Source: a virus
Lineage: Duplodnaviria > Caudoviricetes
Length of the DNA: 50,000 nucleotides
Virus record (IMG/VR): IMGVR_UViG_3300020045_012733
Coordinates: 1-50,000 of that record
Strand: one strand, 5' to 3'
The notes below the pieces were generated by a model. It was not told the origin of the DNA, searched no databases, and worked only from the letters and a program-made list of their open reading frames with translations. A program made the position numbers and the translations under genes. Positions 36,291 to 46,837 of the stretch are shown here, one piece after another. The number at the start of each line of letters is the position of its first letter. The first letter of the stretch is position 1.

Positions 36291-37232
36291 TTATGCTAAT
36301 GTTACAACTGAATCGGTATTTGATTTGTATAATCTACCGCCTTTTTTCATAATTCCTGTTGTAAAAGCGGAATCATTCAATCTTCCTGTTACTACATCAT
36401 CTTCGGCTAAAGCTCCTGAAAAAGTAGCTGTATAGATTTTAGTTGATGTACTTTGAGTAATTCCAGAAATTGTTTTAACAACTCCATTTACTTTTATTTC
36501 AATGTTAGCTGCTAAAATACCTCCCATATCTACATCTTTTCTATCCGCTTTAGTTTTTACACTAAATTGTAAAGTAGTAGCTGTAGCAACTGGAATAGTA
36601 GTAAAGTCAAAAATAGCATCATTAACTCCGTCTAAACTCGCTAAACGAATGTCATGTTGTGCTTGAACTGTCCAACTTCCATCTTGGTCTCTTTCACTTC
36701 TGTAAAGCTCTTGAAGTTTCAATTTAGACATTGAAGTATCTGCTCCGTTTCCGTCTTTAATTGGTGCAACTGAAATCATTCCAAGAGTAAAACCTTTTAC
36801 TGCTGTTTCAGTAGATGTGTATAAAATAGATAAACTTGTATCTAAATAAATAACATCGTAAGCTCCCCAACTTTCAATAGTTCTAATTGCTTGATCAAAG
36901 TAATTACCATTTTTAAAAGTGAATGCTCTTGTGTATGGATTTTTTCCTGCTGTAGATAAAATACCAGAACCAGTATCTGTTACCTCATTATCTTCTGCTG
37001 TTAAATCTTCAACTGCTGTTACTTTTGCTAAAACAATTGCTTTTCCTTCTTGTTGAAGTTGTTGTAAATAAGCAACTGAAAAAGCATCTTCATATTCAAA
37101 CCCTTGAGGTGTAAATACTAATAACGCAGTTCTTTGAAAGTTAAAAGTACAATTATAAGTACCTGTTCCTTTAACTCCTGCTAATAAGCAATCAACCTTG
37201 TTGATTTGTGCTTGTAATTCTGCTGAAATCAT
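36291..37232 (-). CDS. Major tail protein
   Basis: 313 aa with C-terminal Ig-like extension; followed by a terminator; synteny. Confidence 0.7.
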   Translation of the reverse strand: MISAELQAQINKVDCLLAGVKGTGTYNCTFNFQRTALLVFTPQGFEYEDAFSVAYLQQLQQEGKAIVLAKVTAVEDLTAEDNEVTDTGSGILSTAGKNPYTRAFTFKNGNYFDQAIRTIESWGAYDVIYLDTSLSILYTSTETAVKGFTLGMISVAPIKDGNGADTSMSKLKLQELYRSERDQDGSWTVQAQHDIRLASLDGVNDAIFDFTTIPVATATTLQFSVKTKADRKDVDMGGILAANIEIKVNGVVKTISGITQSTSTKIYTATFSGALAEDDVVTGRLNDSAFTTGIMKKGGRLYKSNTDSVVTLA

Positions 37233-37245
37233 ATTTTTTTAGTTA

Positions 37246-37407
37246 TTAATCGATTAATCTTTTGGCTCTTAAAAACTCTCTTCCTTTTTCGGATTTGACT
37301 TCAATAGTATCGCCTTTTTTGTACTCTTTTCCTCCTATGTTACAAGGATTTTTTAATATGAAAACATTTTCGTTTTTTTTGTTTTCTTTTTTTTCTAAAT
37401 CTGCCAT
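37246..37407 (-). CDS. Small structural-region protein, 53 aa (MADLEKK...)
   Basis: Hand-translated; YKKGDTIEV motif. Confidence 0.6.
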   Translation of the reverse strand: MADLEKKENKKNENVFILKNPCNIGGKEYKKGDTIEVKSEKGREFLRAKRLID

Positions 37408-37426
37408 TTTAATTATTTTTTAAAGG

Positions 37427-37954
37427 TTAACAACAACACGTATCATCTAATTTGTAACGAACTCCTAATGTAAATTTAAAAACGTAGTAGGGTTGTATAT
37501 CGTTTTCTTGATTGTATGAAATTCCTATTAAGGATTTATCATAACCACTTTCTAAACTCTCAATCCAAACGTTATCAAATTGAGTTAAAATTGTTTCTAC
37601 ATCGTTTTGAGCTTCAAAATCTGCTCGATGTTCAATGTCCGGATAAATACTTTTTAAATCTAAAATAAAAATCAAATCCATTTCAGATTTGTAATAAAGC
37701 ATATCTTCTTTAACTGCTTTTGCTTTGTGTAAAAAAAAGAATTTGTTTTTTTCTGCTACCGAAATAGTCTGATATTCGTTTTTCTGTACAAATCTTTGAA
37801 CGTGTTTTTTTCCTTCTTTGTCTTGAATTATATAAACTCTTTCAAATGCTTCTAACTCTGTACTCCAAAGAGTATTTAACTCTGTATAAAGTCGGTTTTG
37901 AATCTTTGAAATTAAAGCATCTAAACCTATTGGATTTGTCTTTGCGTAAATCAT
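37427..37954 (-). CDS. Tail terminator/head-tail joining-like protein
   Basis: Synteny. Confidence 0.55.
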   Translation of the reverse strand: MIYAKTNPIGLDALISKIQNRLYTELNTLWSTELEAFERVYIIQDKEGKKHVQRFVQKNEYQTISVAEKNKFFFLHKAKAVKEDMLYYKSEMDLIFILDLKSIYPDIEHRADFEAQNDVETILTQFDNVWIESLESGYDKSLIGISYNQENDIQPYYVFKFTLGVRYKLDDTCCC

Positions 37955-39081
37955 AGTGAAGTCATTTCAATTTCAAAATCTGAATCGTCCACTAATTGAG
38001 TATCAAAAGTCCTATCCATAATTCTCAATGCTTTTCTTTTTTCATCTTGGAATCTTTTTGCAACTGTATTCATATCTAAAGAAGTTGTTTCTGCTACTAA
38101 CATATCTTTATCCAATTGAATTGTTTGACTTCTATTTGAGCGATTATTTGAGTTGTGAAGAAACATTTTTAAAGTTTCAAGTTCAAATGTAGCTTTTACA
38201 AAATTCGCTAATTCATTAAGATTGTTTTGAATGTAAATTGTAGAATCTAAATAAACTGATAAATTAAAACCAATTCCATTAGAAGTATTTCCGTAGCTAT
38301 AAATTGCTGTTTCTGGTGCATTTCCTGTGCCTGTAGCCGTATAACAAACAAATCCATTAAATTTTAAAGAATCAATATAAGAATTTGTTCCTATAACTTC
38401 AGTTGAATCAATTGCAAAAATCCATTTTCCTTTACCCGTAAAAGTGTAATTCAAATCTTTAAAATCTACTATTCCGTTACTTGGTGTAATTTCTAAAGTA
38501 TCAATTAAAACGCCTTGATTAATAACATATAAATTTACTGGTGTTGTTCCTGTCTTTTGAAAACTGATTTGATTTATTCTAAAAGTTACATAATCGCTTC
38601 CTTTTGGCTCGAAAACCCACGCACTATAATCATTTGGCAATTGAACTGCATTTGTTCCTACATTGTAAATAAATTGATTATTGATTAGTCTTTTAGTCAA
38701 ATTCAATTCACTATAAACTTTGTCTTTTACTTTGTCAATATGGTTTTTAATTTTCAAACTTTCCAAATTAGTTTCTAACCAATAACTCAAACTTGTATCT
38801 GGTTGATGGTTTGTGTTACTATTTAAAAGTGATTGATAAATTTTACCATTATAACTTACAATATCAGTTCTTTTTTTGCTTTCTGAATAATTAGTGTATG
38901 TTGTTGCACTATTCCAATTTGAAAAATTAGGCTCAAAAAATGATAGAAATTCCAAAAGATTATTAATAGTAATTGATGGATGCGTTCCACTATTTAGACA
39001 AAGTCCGCTTTGTGGTAATGAAGTTAATTCCGCATCTAAATTTACGCTTGTTGTAAAATCTTCTGAAATTCCTAATATCAT
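37951..39081 (-). CDS. Head-tail adaptor-like protein with a CBM5/12-like insert
   Basis: WNSATTY...DIVSYNGKIYQS...P...W. Confidence 0.55.
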   Translation of the reverse strand: MILGISEDFTTSVNLDAELTSLPQSGLCLNSGTHPSITINNLLEFLSFFEPNFSNWNSATTYTNYSESKKRTDIVSYNGKIYQSLLNSNTNHQPDTSLSYWLETNLESLKIKNHIDKVKDKVYSELNLTKRLINNQFIYNVGTNAVQLPNDYSAWVFEPKGSDYVTFRINQISFQKTGTTPVNLYVINQGVLIDTLEITPSNGIVDFKDLNYTFTGKGKWIFAIDSTEVIGTNSYIDSLKFNGFVCYTATGTGNAPETAIYSYGNTSNGIGFNLSVYLDSTIYIQNNLNELANFVKATFELETLKMFLHNSNNRSNRSQTIQLDKDMLVAETTSLDMNTVAKRFQDEKRKALRIMDRTFDTQLVDDSDFEIEMTSL

Positions 39082-39106
39082 TTTTTCTAAACTTTAAATG
39101 TTAAAA

Positions 39107-39535
39107 TTAAGGTGCTGTAAATGTGATTGCTCCTGCTGCTGTACCTACACCATTAACATAGAAGTTAGTTCCATCACTTGTGATTTCTACATAATCTCCT
39201 AAAGTTTCAGCACTTGCAACAAATGAAATTGTATTCTCATTTGCAGCAGGTACAAAAGCACTATTTACATCTGCTCCACCTTGAATAACGTTTGATGTCG
39301 CTACAATTGTGAAGTTAGTAGTAGCAAAAGCCAAACCAACTACAAATTTAGCTTTAAAACCTGCAATTGGAGCTGGTAAAGTTACCGCTACTCCTGCTGC
39401 TGCTTTTAAAATAAATACTTTTCCGCTATCCGCTTTTGTTAAAGTTCTTGCAGTATCTACAATTACAACATTTTCTGCTGTTGATAGTTTTGATACATCT
39501 CCGTTAGCACTTGCTTTGAATGCACTTGTTTCCAT
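39107..39535 (-). CDS. Head decoration/fibre protein
   Basis: A/T/G-rich, VTLPAP; directly after the capsid gene. Confidence 0.55.
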   Translation of the reverse strand: METSAFKASANGDVSKLSTAENVVIVDTARTLTKADSGKVFILKAAAGVAVTLPAPIAGFKAKFVVGLAFATTNFTIVATSNVIQGGADVNSAFVPAANENTISFVASAETLGDYVEITSDGTNFYVNGVGTAAGAITFTAP

Positions 39536-39561
39536 TTTTTTAAATTTTTTAAGTTAAACAA

Positions 39562-40644
39562 TTACGCTTTAGTACCAACGATTTTAACGATGTCATTTGC
39601 TCTATTAGATAAATCGCTATTGTAACGATAAACTACGTAGAATCTTGCCCAAAATGCAATCTCTTCAAAGTGCGACATAATCGCATTAGAATCAGTTCCA
39701 GAAGTAATTAAAGCTGTTGCATCAACTGCTTCTTTATTCGTGTAAACATTAACTCTCATTCTTGTAAATGGCATTTCAACATCTGAAATACTCCATTTTT
39801 TACCACCAATTTCAGTTCCGTTAACGAAATCATAAGGGAAGTTTTCAACTAAACCAATTGCACCATCACGAACCAAGAAACCAGTAAATACGTCATCGTT
39901 TCCAACTGTTAAATTAGCACTTTCATACATATTTGACATTGGGAACATTCCAAGAGCTGAAAGGTTTTTGTCATTTGCAACTGAATATTTCAATTGTTCA
40001 GCTTTTTGAACTGCTAAACCTGCTCTATTAGTTACAATTCTGTATTCTCCTGGCAATTCGTTTGCTTCCATTAAAGCTGTCAAATTGAAAAACATTGTTT
40101 CTTTTTGCGCTGCTTTAGTTACTGAAAGTGTATCGGTAACAGTTGAGAATGTAAAAGTTCCATCGCCTTGAGATACTTGCGTAGTTCCTAAAGGTAAAAC
40201 TTGCGATTTTCTGGCTTCCATAATTGTAGAAATAATTCCCTCAATTGTTTTACCCATTTCATAGCAAACGTTTTTAGTTTTTGCCATAACCGCAGCTTGT
40301 TCATCAATAGCGTTGTTTGCGTAAGTCGATGGGTAGTGTCTGAAACCAGAAAAAACATCGTAAGCTACAAAGCTATATTGATCGCTTTCTTCTAAATTAG
40401 AAGGAATATAATTAAATCCCGGAGTTGTACCTACTGATACTGTTTGGTCTTTAATTACAGGTATTTTTTGATTACGCAAAGAACTCATTGTGTTCATTGC
40501 TTCAATTTGACTTGGCAAAATGTAATCTACCGCATCCGTAGAATCAGCAGCTAAATCAACGTAACCCAATTGAGAAAATCTCTTGTCATTGGTTACGTTT
40601 GCCCCTTGTAAGTCATTTAATAAAGTTGCATCAATGTAACTCAT
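39562..40644 (-). CDS. Major capsid protein
   Basis: 360 aa after the scaffold gene; size and synteny. Confidence 0.75.
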   Translation of the reverse strand: MSYIDATLLNDLQGANVTNDKRFSQLGYVDLAADSTDAVDYILPSQIEAMNTMSSLRNQKIPVIKDQTVSVGTTPGFNYIPSNLEESDQYSFVAYDVFSGFRHYPSTYANNAIDEQAAVMAKTKNVCYEMGKTIEGIISTIMEARKSQVLPLGTTQVSQGDGTFTFSTVTDTLSVTKAAQKETMFFNLTALMEANELPGEYRIVTNRAGLAVQKAEQLKYSVANDKNLSALGMFPMSNMYESANLTVGNDDVFTGFLVRDGAIGLVENFPYDFVNGTEIGGKKWSISDVEMPFTRMRVNVYTNKEAVDATALITSGTDSNAIMSHFEEIAFWARFYVVYRYNSDLSNRANDIVKIVGTKA

Positions 40645-40702
40645 CTTTTTTAAATTTTGTTGTTAATAATAATTTTTAAATAATTTTCAAGAGGTCTTTC
40701 TC

Positions 40703-41587
40703 TTATTTCTTCAATGCTTCATCTATTTTTGATAAATATTCCGTAAATTTTTTAGTTCTTTCTTTACTCATTTTTGGAATGTTTAATTTATCTAAATGCT
40801 CATTGATAGCTTTTGATTTATCTTCACTTGTTGGATTGTCTGGTAAAACAATATCCAAATCTCCAACTTTATGCCCTGCTTTTGCGCCTGTTCCTGCCTG
40901 TTGTCTACCCGTTAATAAAGTTTTCAAATCTTCATCTGAACTAATCAACTCTTTCAACTCTTTTTTCAAATGTGGATTATCTTTTGCAATTGCTATTGAT
41001 TTTCCATTTTCATCAAATGACTTTTCCCATTTTTCATTAAAAGTATTTACAAACTTATTCCATTTTGCTTCTGCTTCATATGGATTAACCGTGTCTGGAA
41101 AAGTTGGCTTTTCATTTTGAAAAAAAACTTTATCTTTTAGGTTTTTATATTCAGTTTCTAATGGTTCGTATTTATCTGCTTTTGCTTTTAAATCGTCATA
41201 ATCTGCTAATTTTATCAAAGCATCGTCCAAATCTTTTTTAGCTTTTTCAAGTTCTGATTTTGTAGCATCCCCACCATTGAAATCTTTTAACTTTTGTGCG
41301 TATTCTGTTTTCAATGTTTCAACTTCAGTTTTTTGATTTGTCAAAAACTCATTTCCTGCTCTTACATAAAAATCAGCTAATTTCTCGCCTTGATTTCTTT
41401 TAACTGAAGTTACTTCTTCAATTTTCGATGCTGCACCTGATAAAATACCTTCTGCATCTGTATTAGCTTTTGTATCCCAAGCTTTTTTTTGTTCAGCTAT
41501 ATAGCTTTCGTGAACTGGTTTTAATCCTGCGATTTGTTCATCGCTTAAATTTAATGTTGTTTTAATTTCTTCTGTGATGAAATCCAT
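40703..41587 (-). CDS. Capsid scaffolding protein
   Basis: Coiled coil, GTG motif near the C-terminus, upstream of the capsid gene. Confidence 0.7.
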   Translation of the reverse strand: MDFITEEIKTTLNLSDEQIAGLKPVHESYIAEQKKAWDTKANTDAEGILSGAASKIEEVTSVKRNQGEKLADFYVRAGNEFLTNQKTEVETLKTEYAQKLKDFNGGDATKSELEKAKKDLDDALIKLADYDDLKAKADKYEPLETEYKNLKDKVFFQNEKPTFPDTVNPYEAEAKWNKFVNTFNEKWEKSFDENGKSIAIAKDNPHLKKELKELISSDEDLKTLLTGRQQAGTGAKAGHKVGDLDIVLPDNPTSEDKSKAINEHLDKLNIPKMSKERTKKFTEYLSKIDEALKK

Positions 41588-41589
41588 AA

Positions 41590-41728
41590 TCTTTTATGTT
41601 TTAGTTAATTAATAAAAAATAAAAAAGACCTCATTCCGACTAAACGAAATAAAGGTCTTTCTTTATTTTAGTGTTTACGTTCATTGTTTTAGTTCAAATG
41701 CATCTTCACATTGATTGGTACAAATGTA
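41590..41728 (-). promoter_or_regulatory. Promoter and terminator-containing leader of the capsid operon
   Basis: -7 TACATTTG at 41721-41728; AAAGACCT...AGGTCTTTTTT before the ATG. Confidence 0.55.
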
Positions 41729-41752
41729 ATAAAAAAATTTACTTTTTGGATT

Positions 41753-42100
41753 TTATTTTAATTCGAATTGTTTTTTTGATGCTTTCTCTTTCAATTCAAT
41801 AGCTTGTTCAAGTTGTTTTTCTACTTGCTCATCTCGAACTGCTTCAAATTTTTCTCCATCTTCCATTGATAAGAAAATCATATTATTAGAGCTTATTGAA
41901 AACCATTTAACATCAAAAACATTAAAATGTCTTGGTTGTTCTTTTAATTCTTTTTCTGGAACTTGAACATCTTTTATTTCAATTCTCTGACTTTTTTGTT
42001 TTTGATTTTCTGCAACTCTTTCAGATTGTCTTTTTTGATTTTCTGCTTTAGCATCTTCAATTGCTTTTCCGTTCCAAAGAACTTTAATTTTAACTTCCAT
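41753..42100 (-). CDS. Hypothetical protein
   Basis: 115-aa ORF. Confidence 0.75.
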   Translation of the reverse strand: MEVKIKVLWNGKAIEDAKAENQKRQSERVAENQKQKSQRIEIKDVQVPEKELKEQPRHFNVFDVKWFSISSNNMIFLSMEDGEKFEAVRDEQVEKQLEQAIELKEKASKKQFELK

Positions 42101-42177
42101 AATAAATAATTTGTTTTAGTTATTTTTAATTAAGAAATCCAATTCCCTAAATTAATAAGGAATTGGACTATTTGTTT

Positions 42178-42849
42178 TTATGCTTCTAATTGTGTTTTAA
42201 TCCAAGCAATGTTATTTACATAACGATTTGAAACTTCTTTACCAAATTTAGTAAAATATTGTTTATGCAAATCTTCTAAACTTTCAGTATTTTGTGTTCC
42301 AGATGGTGTTAATTCATTTGTTAACTCTTGAATTGAGATTTCATAAACTCTTTCAACTGAATAAGTTTTATCTGCATTTGTGAAGTTATCTTCAACTCTT
42401 TCAAAACCATTTGCAACTAATAAATCAACTTTAGTTTTAAATTCAGCTTCTTTATCTCCTACAATTTCTGGTTTTATAACCTTTACATCATTTGGATTTG
42501 AACCGCTCATAAACGCTTCTAATTTAGCTTGTAAACTTGCGTTGTTTTCTTGAAGTTCTAAAATTGCTTTTTGTTCTGGAGTTAATGTGTTTGTTGCAGG
42601 TTTTAAAACTGCTTCAACTTCTTTTTTGATTGCATCTGAAATTTCAACTTCTTTTTCATCAACATAAACCTTTTCAACTTCAATTTTACAAACTCCCATT
42701 TTACCTAAATTTGAAAGGTGTTTTTTCCATTGCAAATCATTGTACGTTAAAGTAATCAACTCGTTTTCATTTGCAGGAGTTTTGGCATCTGCTTTTAAAA
42801 GGATTTCTTTTCCTTTATAAACTCTTAATTTTACGATTGTTTTAGACAT
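42178..42849 (-). CDS. Hypothetical head-region protein
   Basis: 223-aa ORF. Confidence 0.75.
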   Translation of the reverse strand: MSKTIVKLRVYKGKEILLKADAKTPANENELITLTYNDLQWKKHLSNLGKMGVCKIEVEKVYVDEKEVEISDAIKKEVEAVLKPATNTLTPEQKAILELQENNASLQAKLEAFMSGSNPNDVKVIKPEIVGDKEAEFKTKVDLLVANGFERVEDNFTNADKTYSVERVYEISIQELTNELTPSGTQNTESLEDLHKQYFTKFGKEVSNRYVNNIAWIKTQLEA

Positions 42850-42865
42850 AATTTATTTATTTTAA

Positions 42866-44560
42866 TTAATTGGCATTATTGCCTGTTGTTTCTGGTATTA
42901 GTTCATCTAACATATTGTTAATCAATATTAATTTTTCAGATTTTGAATCGGTTGCTAAATTATTATAAAAAATTAATATATCGCCATATTTTGCTTCAAA
43001 CATTGAAATCCAATAATCAAACCTTAATTGTAACTGCTTTGTTTTCTCATCAACTAAATTTTGAGTAATTGCTTTGTCAAAATCTGAATCACTTGCAAAA
43101 GGTAACAAAGAATAAAGCAAAGTTTCTCTTTCAGCTCTATTTGGATTAAAACGATATTTTGTTTTTCCAATTCTGTTAAGTAAGTTTCTACGTTCTATTT
43201 GATTTGGAGCTTTTAAAAATAAATCGTAAAGTTCGCTCTCGTTATCTAAAAAGAAATCCGAACCATAAAAAACATTTACTCTTACATTTTCAATACCATA
43301 TTTTAAACCCAATAATATTAAATCTGAATTATTCCTAATGTTTGATAAAATCATTGAAATATTACGAAGTTTGTCTTGTTTATTATTAGTGCTTGATACT
43401 ATTTGTTTTTCATTTTTTGCTGCATCATTATTCTGCTGATAATCTCCTAAAACATTGGCAATAATTGAACGTTCAATTTCTTGAATTCTTTTATTTAAAT
43501 AATCTAAACATTCAATTGGAATGTAAAAGAATTTAGCGAAGTTTTGAATAATATCAGTATCAATGCTTTGATCGGCTTTTTTTACTTGTGGAATTTCAAT
43601 AACTGTTCCGGCTTGCATAATTGATCCATTGCTTGAATTTGTATCTTTTCCAAACTCGGCTTTTTGACTTCCTAATTCATTTGAACTCATTGGCTCTTGT
43701 GAATTAACACCTTTAAAATCTTGACCTTCTAATGTATTTGTTTTGCTTTTTAACTTTACTGTTATTGGAATAGCTCCGTTTGGTTCGGTCATTTTAAGCA
43801 ATGTTTTCAAAAAAACAAATTCTTCTAATTCCTCACGTACATAACTTAAAATTGATTTTCTTACTATGTTATTTTCAGTTGAAAAAGCTTCGTTTGAAAT
43901 CCATGTTGCTGGACATCTTTTTAAATCATGGGGAATATTTAAACCTTCCACTTCATTATAATTTAGGTCATAAAAAATAAATGATTTGTCATCAAGATAT
44001 AAATAACCTTCAATATTGTTTACTTCAGCTTTGTATGCAATCTTTTCAATTCTATTGCAATCACTATCAATTGAAACAACATCTTTTATTGATAAAATTT
44101 CACGATAAGGAGCGTTAATATCTTCTAAATCGTGAACTATAATATTGTTATGACGGAATAAAATAGCGTTGAATATTTCGTTTTCAAACTCATCATTTTT
44201 TAATTCATCGGGAGTTTTTACTTCAGTTCCTTTAATGTTGTATTTGAAATAAGAATCATCTGCAAAATAAACTCTTTTCAATTGTGGCTTTATTTCATCA
44301 TTGATAAGTTTTGCACTTGGCAAAGGATGTCGCAAGTATTTGAAAAAAGATATAAAGTTTTGAGTTCTAAAAATCATTTTAACCCAATTCAAGAAATAGT
44401 CATTACTTCTGTATTTAGCTTCTGACCATTTTTTAAGATATTCTACTGAAATATCCTTTTGAATAGTTGATTGTGTGAAGTATGATAATTGCAGTTGTTG
44501 ATCGTATGCTTCTCGCAAATGATTTGCTCCTTTTCTATCTTTTACAAATTCTACTGACAT
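42866..44560 (-). CDS. Portal protein
   Basis: 564 aa; HDLKRCP motif; position before scaffold and capsid. Confidence 0.75.
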   Translation of the reverse strand: MSVEFVKDRKGANHLREAYDQQLQLSYFTQSTIQKDISVEYLKKWSEAKYRSNDYFLNWVKMIFRTQNFISFFKYLRHPLPSAKLINDEIKPQLKRVYFADDSYFKYNIKGTEVKTPDELKNDEFENEIFNAILFRHNNIIVHDLEDINAPYREILSIKDVVSIDSDCNRIEKIAYKAEVNNIEGYLYLDDKSFIFYDLNYNEVEGLNIPHDLKRCPATWISNEAFSTENNIVRKSILSYVREELEEFVFLKTLLKMTEPNGAIPITVKLKSKTNTLEGQDFKGVNSQEPMSSNELGSQKAEFGKDTNSSNGSIMQAGTVIEIPQVKKADQSIDTDIIQNFAKFFYIPIECLDYLNKRIQEIERSIIANVLGDYQQNNDAAKNEKQIVSSTNNKQDKLRNISMILSNIRNNSDLILLGLKYGIENVRVNVFYGSDFFLDNESELYDLFLKAPNQIERRNLLNRIGKTKYRFNPNRAERETLLYSLLPFASDSDFDKAITQNLVDEKTKQLQLRFDYWISMFEAKYGDILIFYNNLATDSKSEKLILINNMLDELIPETTGNNAN

Positions 44561-44608
44561 TGTTTTTTGAAGTTTTTGAACGCAGTCTTTTGCGATAATT
44601 TATTTCTA

Positions 44609-44641
44609 CAAATTTATGTGATTTTATTTGACTATTACAAA
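44609..44641 (-). promoter_or_regulatory. Portal promoter
   Basis: TTTG-N21-TAAATTTG. Confidence 0.65.
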
Positions 44642-44657
44642 TTTATTTTTTAAGCAT

Positions 44658-44682
44658 AAAAAAACCGCTAATTAAAGCGGTT
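44658..44682 (-). terminator. Intrinsic terminator
   Basis: AACCGCT...AGCGGTTTTTTT. Confidence 0.75.
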
Positions 44683-44703
44683 AATTTTATCAACTCCTTA
44701 CAA

Positions 44704-44973
44704 TCAATCTTTACAAATCCAAATAGTTTTATACCAAATTCCATCATCCCCATAAACTTGATTAGTTTCTAAATTATCATAATAACATGGAAACTGCATA
44801 CCTGTTCTGTTATCCGTTGCGTTGTAATCCCATGTTTGACCTGCATCAAAAGAAATATATCTTTTGCCCTCAATTCTACACGTACAATTTTGTTCAATTT
44901 CTTCTGGCTCACAACTCGAAGCCATTAATATCATTCCTAAAATGATAATTAATAATAATTTAAGTGTTTTCAT
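44704..44973 (-). CDS. Lipoprotein
   Basis: MKTLKLLLIIILGMILMASSC lipobox with acidic residues after the Cys. Confidence 0.75.
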   Translation of the reverse strand: MKTLKLLLIIILGMILMASSCEPEEIEQNCTCRIEGKRYISFDAGQTWDYNATDNRTGMQFPCYYDNLETNQVYGDDGIWYKTIWICKD

Positions 44974-44983
44974 AATTACTTGT

Positions 44984-45169
44984 TTAATTTATTAAAAAAA
45001 ATTCATACCAATATTTTTTTCTATAAATAATAGAAACTTCTTGTCCTTTGAAATTGCCTTTATATTGTTTAACTTCAATTATTTTAAAACCTTTATTTTC
45101 CAAATTATTTAATGTATCTTCACTTTTTAATAAAATTACATTTATTCTAAACCATTTTTTATGTTTCAT
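44984..45169 (-). CDS. Hypothetical protein
   Basis: 61-aa ORF. Confidence 0.6.
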   Translation of the reverse strand: MKHKKWFRINVILLKSEDTLNNLENKGFKIIEVKQYKGNFKGQEVSIIYRKKYWYEFFLIN

Positions 45170-45185
45170 AAATTATTGCTAAAAG

Positions 45186-45455
45186 TTATTCAATTTTCCA
45201 ACCCTTAATAGAATTGAAGTATTTTGTTTCTCCTTGTGGATTAACCCACTCACGACCTTGCACAGAAAATGAAACATTTACTTCTTGACCTACTTGTAAA
45301 GCATCCAATTCATTGTTGCACATTCCTTGTGAAAATTCAATCATAATCGTTTGTGAGAATTGCTCAATAGTTTTAATAACTAATTCTCTTTTTGTGTAAG
45401 TCGCACTTACTTGCGTTTCTGGTCCAACATAGTGAACTGTTCCGTTTAATTTCAT
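45186..45455 (-). CDS. DUF3127-like OB-fold ssDNA-binding protein (start 45455)
   Basis: KRELVI...VGQEVNVSFSVQGREW...YFNSIKGWKI. Confidence 0.8.
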   Translation of the reverse strand: MKLNGTVHYVGPETQVSATYTKRELVIKTIEQFSQTIMIEFSQGMCNNELDALQVGQEVNVSFSVQGREWVNPQGETKYFNSIKGWKIE

Positions 45456-45456
45456 T

Positions 45457-45735
45457 TTATTGCTTCTTTTGATTAATACTAAATATTTTTTCTTTAGGAT
45501 AAATAGAATTTGTTCCGTCTTTTTTAATAAACACAATATAACCTAAACTATCCTTATACTCATTTGTTTCATATCCGTAGTTTAAAGTTGCGTTTCCAAC
45601 GCTAATCATGTATTTATATTCTTTGCTATTTGAATTATCTTTAATCGATAAACTTACTAACCAAAATAAAAATAAATAAAATATTAAAGCAATTATAACT
45701 TGAATTAATGAAGCTCTTTTTAATATCTCAAACAT
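45457..45735 (-). CDS. Membrane-anchored hypothetical protein
   Basis: N-terminal TM segment. Confidence 0.65.
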   Translation of the reverse strand: MFEILKRASLIQVIIALIFYLFLFWLVSLSIKDNSNSKEYKYMISVGNATLNYGYETNEYKDSLGYIVFIKKDGTNSIYPKEKIFSINQKKQ

Positions 45736-45737
45736 AT

Positions 45738-46307
45738 CTATTTTTTTTTAGTTTTACAATCGTTACATTTCTTTAATAAAATTTTAATTCCAGATTTTAA
45801 AGTTTCATAAGTGCAATTTTTACATTCTAAAATCTCTTTTTTTGGTTCTGATAAAACTTTCTTTGTATTTATTGTACTTTTTGCTTTTGTATTTCTTTTT
45901 TTAATTTCATTTATTTTTTCTTTGTCAACTTTTCCGCTTTCTTCTATCCATTTGCCTTTTATTTTTTCTTCTGGAATAATTGAATCAACAGGCTTTAAAT
46001 TTTCTTCTGAAATTCTATTTACATTTTCAATAAAATTTTCAATTGTAGATTTTTTTCTAATCTTAAAATCAAAACCTAAACAATCAATTAACAAAAGTAA
46101 AGTTTCTGAATTTGGAATTGATAAACCTGTTAAACACTTCCAAACATTTGATCGACTTGAATTAATCAATTTTGCAACTTCTTCATAACTCAAATTTTTA
46201 TCTTTTCGAGTTTGCTCCAAAATTTTTATAATATCTTTTAATTTCATTTCTATCTTTATTTTATTTTCCATAAACATTCTCTTTAAAATATTGTTGTTTT
46301 TCTTCAA
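45738..46307 (-). CDS. XRE-type HTH regulator with C-terminal Zn ribbon
   Basis: LSYEEVAKLINSSRSNVWKC...PNSETLLLLIDCLG; two CxxC; the true start is probably downstream. Confidence 0.75.
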   Translation of the reverse strand: MKKNNNILKRMFMENKIKIEMKLKDIIKILEQTRKDKNLSYEEVAKLINSSRSNVWKCLTGLSIPNSETLLLLIDCLGFDFKIRKKSTIENFIENVNRISEENLKPVDSIIPEEKIKGKWIEESGKVDKEKINEIKKRNTKAKSTINTKKVLSEPKKEILECKNCTYETLKSGIKILLKKCNDCKTKKK

Positions 46308-46467
46308 TTGTCATTTCGTTTGGAAACTCATATTTTGAAATATTATACCATTTTACGAATTTAATACTAAAATCGTCTGTTACTTGTTCTAATTGGTCGA
46401 CATCGCTATCTTCACAAGCTACATACATTGGAATTATAGCATCAAACTTCTCTCTTAACTTATTCAT
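46261..46467 (-). CDS. Hypothetical protein
   Basis: 68-aa ORF. Confidence 0.7.
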   Translation of the reverse strand: MNKLREKFDAIIPMYVACEDSDVDQLEQVTDDFSIKFVKWYNISKYEFPNEMTIEEKQQYFKENVYGK

Positions 46468-46837
46468 TTTTTACTTTTTTTATTAGTTGTTCTTTTTGCT
46501 TTTCATACTTCAAATAAGGTTCTGAATCCTCTTTATAAATAGGTTTAAAGTGAGTTAACAATTCCAACATTTCATCTCGTTGCTCCAACAACTCCGATAA
46601 CTCGCAATTGATTTGTTGACGTACTTTGAAAGCGTCTACTATTAGATTGGCGTTGTGAATTTGTTCGTTTTTTGGTAATGAGTTTTTAAAAGTTCTAGCT
46701 AATAAATATCCTAAATCTTCTTTACCGCATTTAATACATTCTGATTTTTTTATCATAACATCTATGTAAACATTTCCTTGTATTTTAAAAGGTTTACTTA
46801 GTGTTAAATTTCCTTTACTTCCTTTAAATTCGCTCAT
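46460..46837 (-). CDS. Hypothetical phage protein
   Basis: 125 aa, ANLI..A motif. Confidence 0.7.
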   Translation of the reverse strand: MSEFKGSKGNLTLSKPFKIQGNVYIDVMIKKSECIKCGKEDLGYLLARTFKNSLPKNEQIHNANLIVDAFKVRQQINCELSELLEQRDEMLELLTHFKPIYKEDSEPYLKYEKQKEQLIKKVKNE

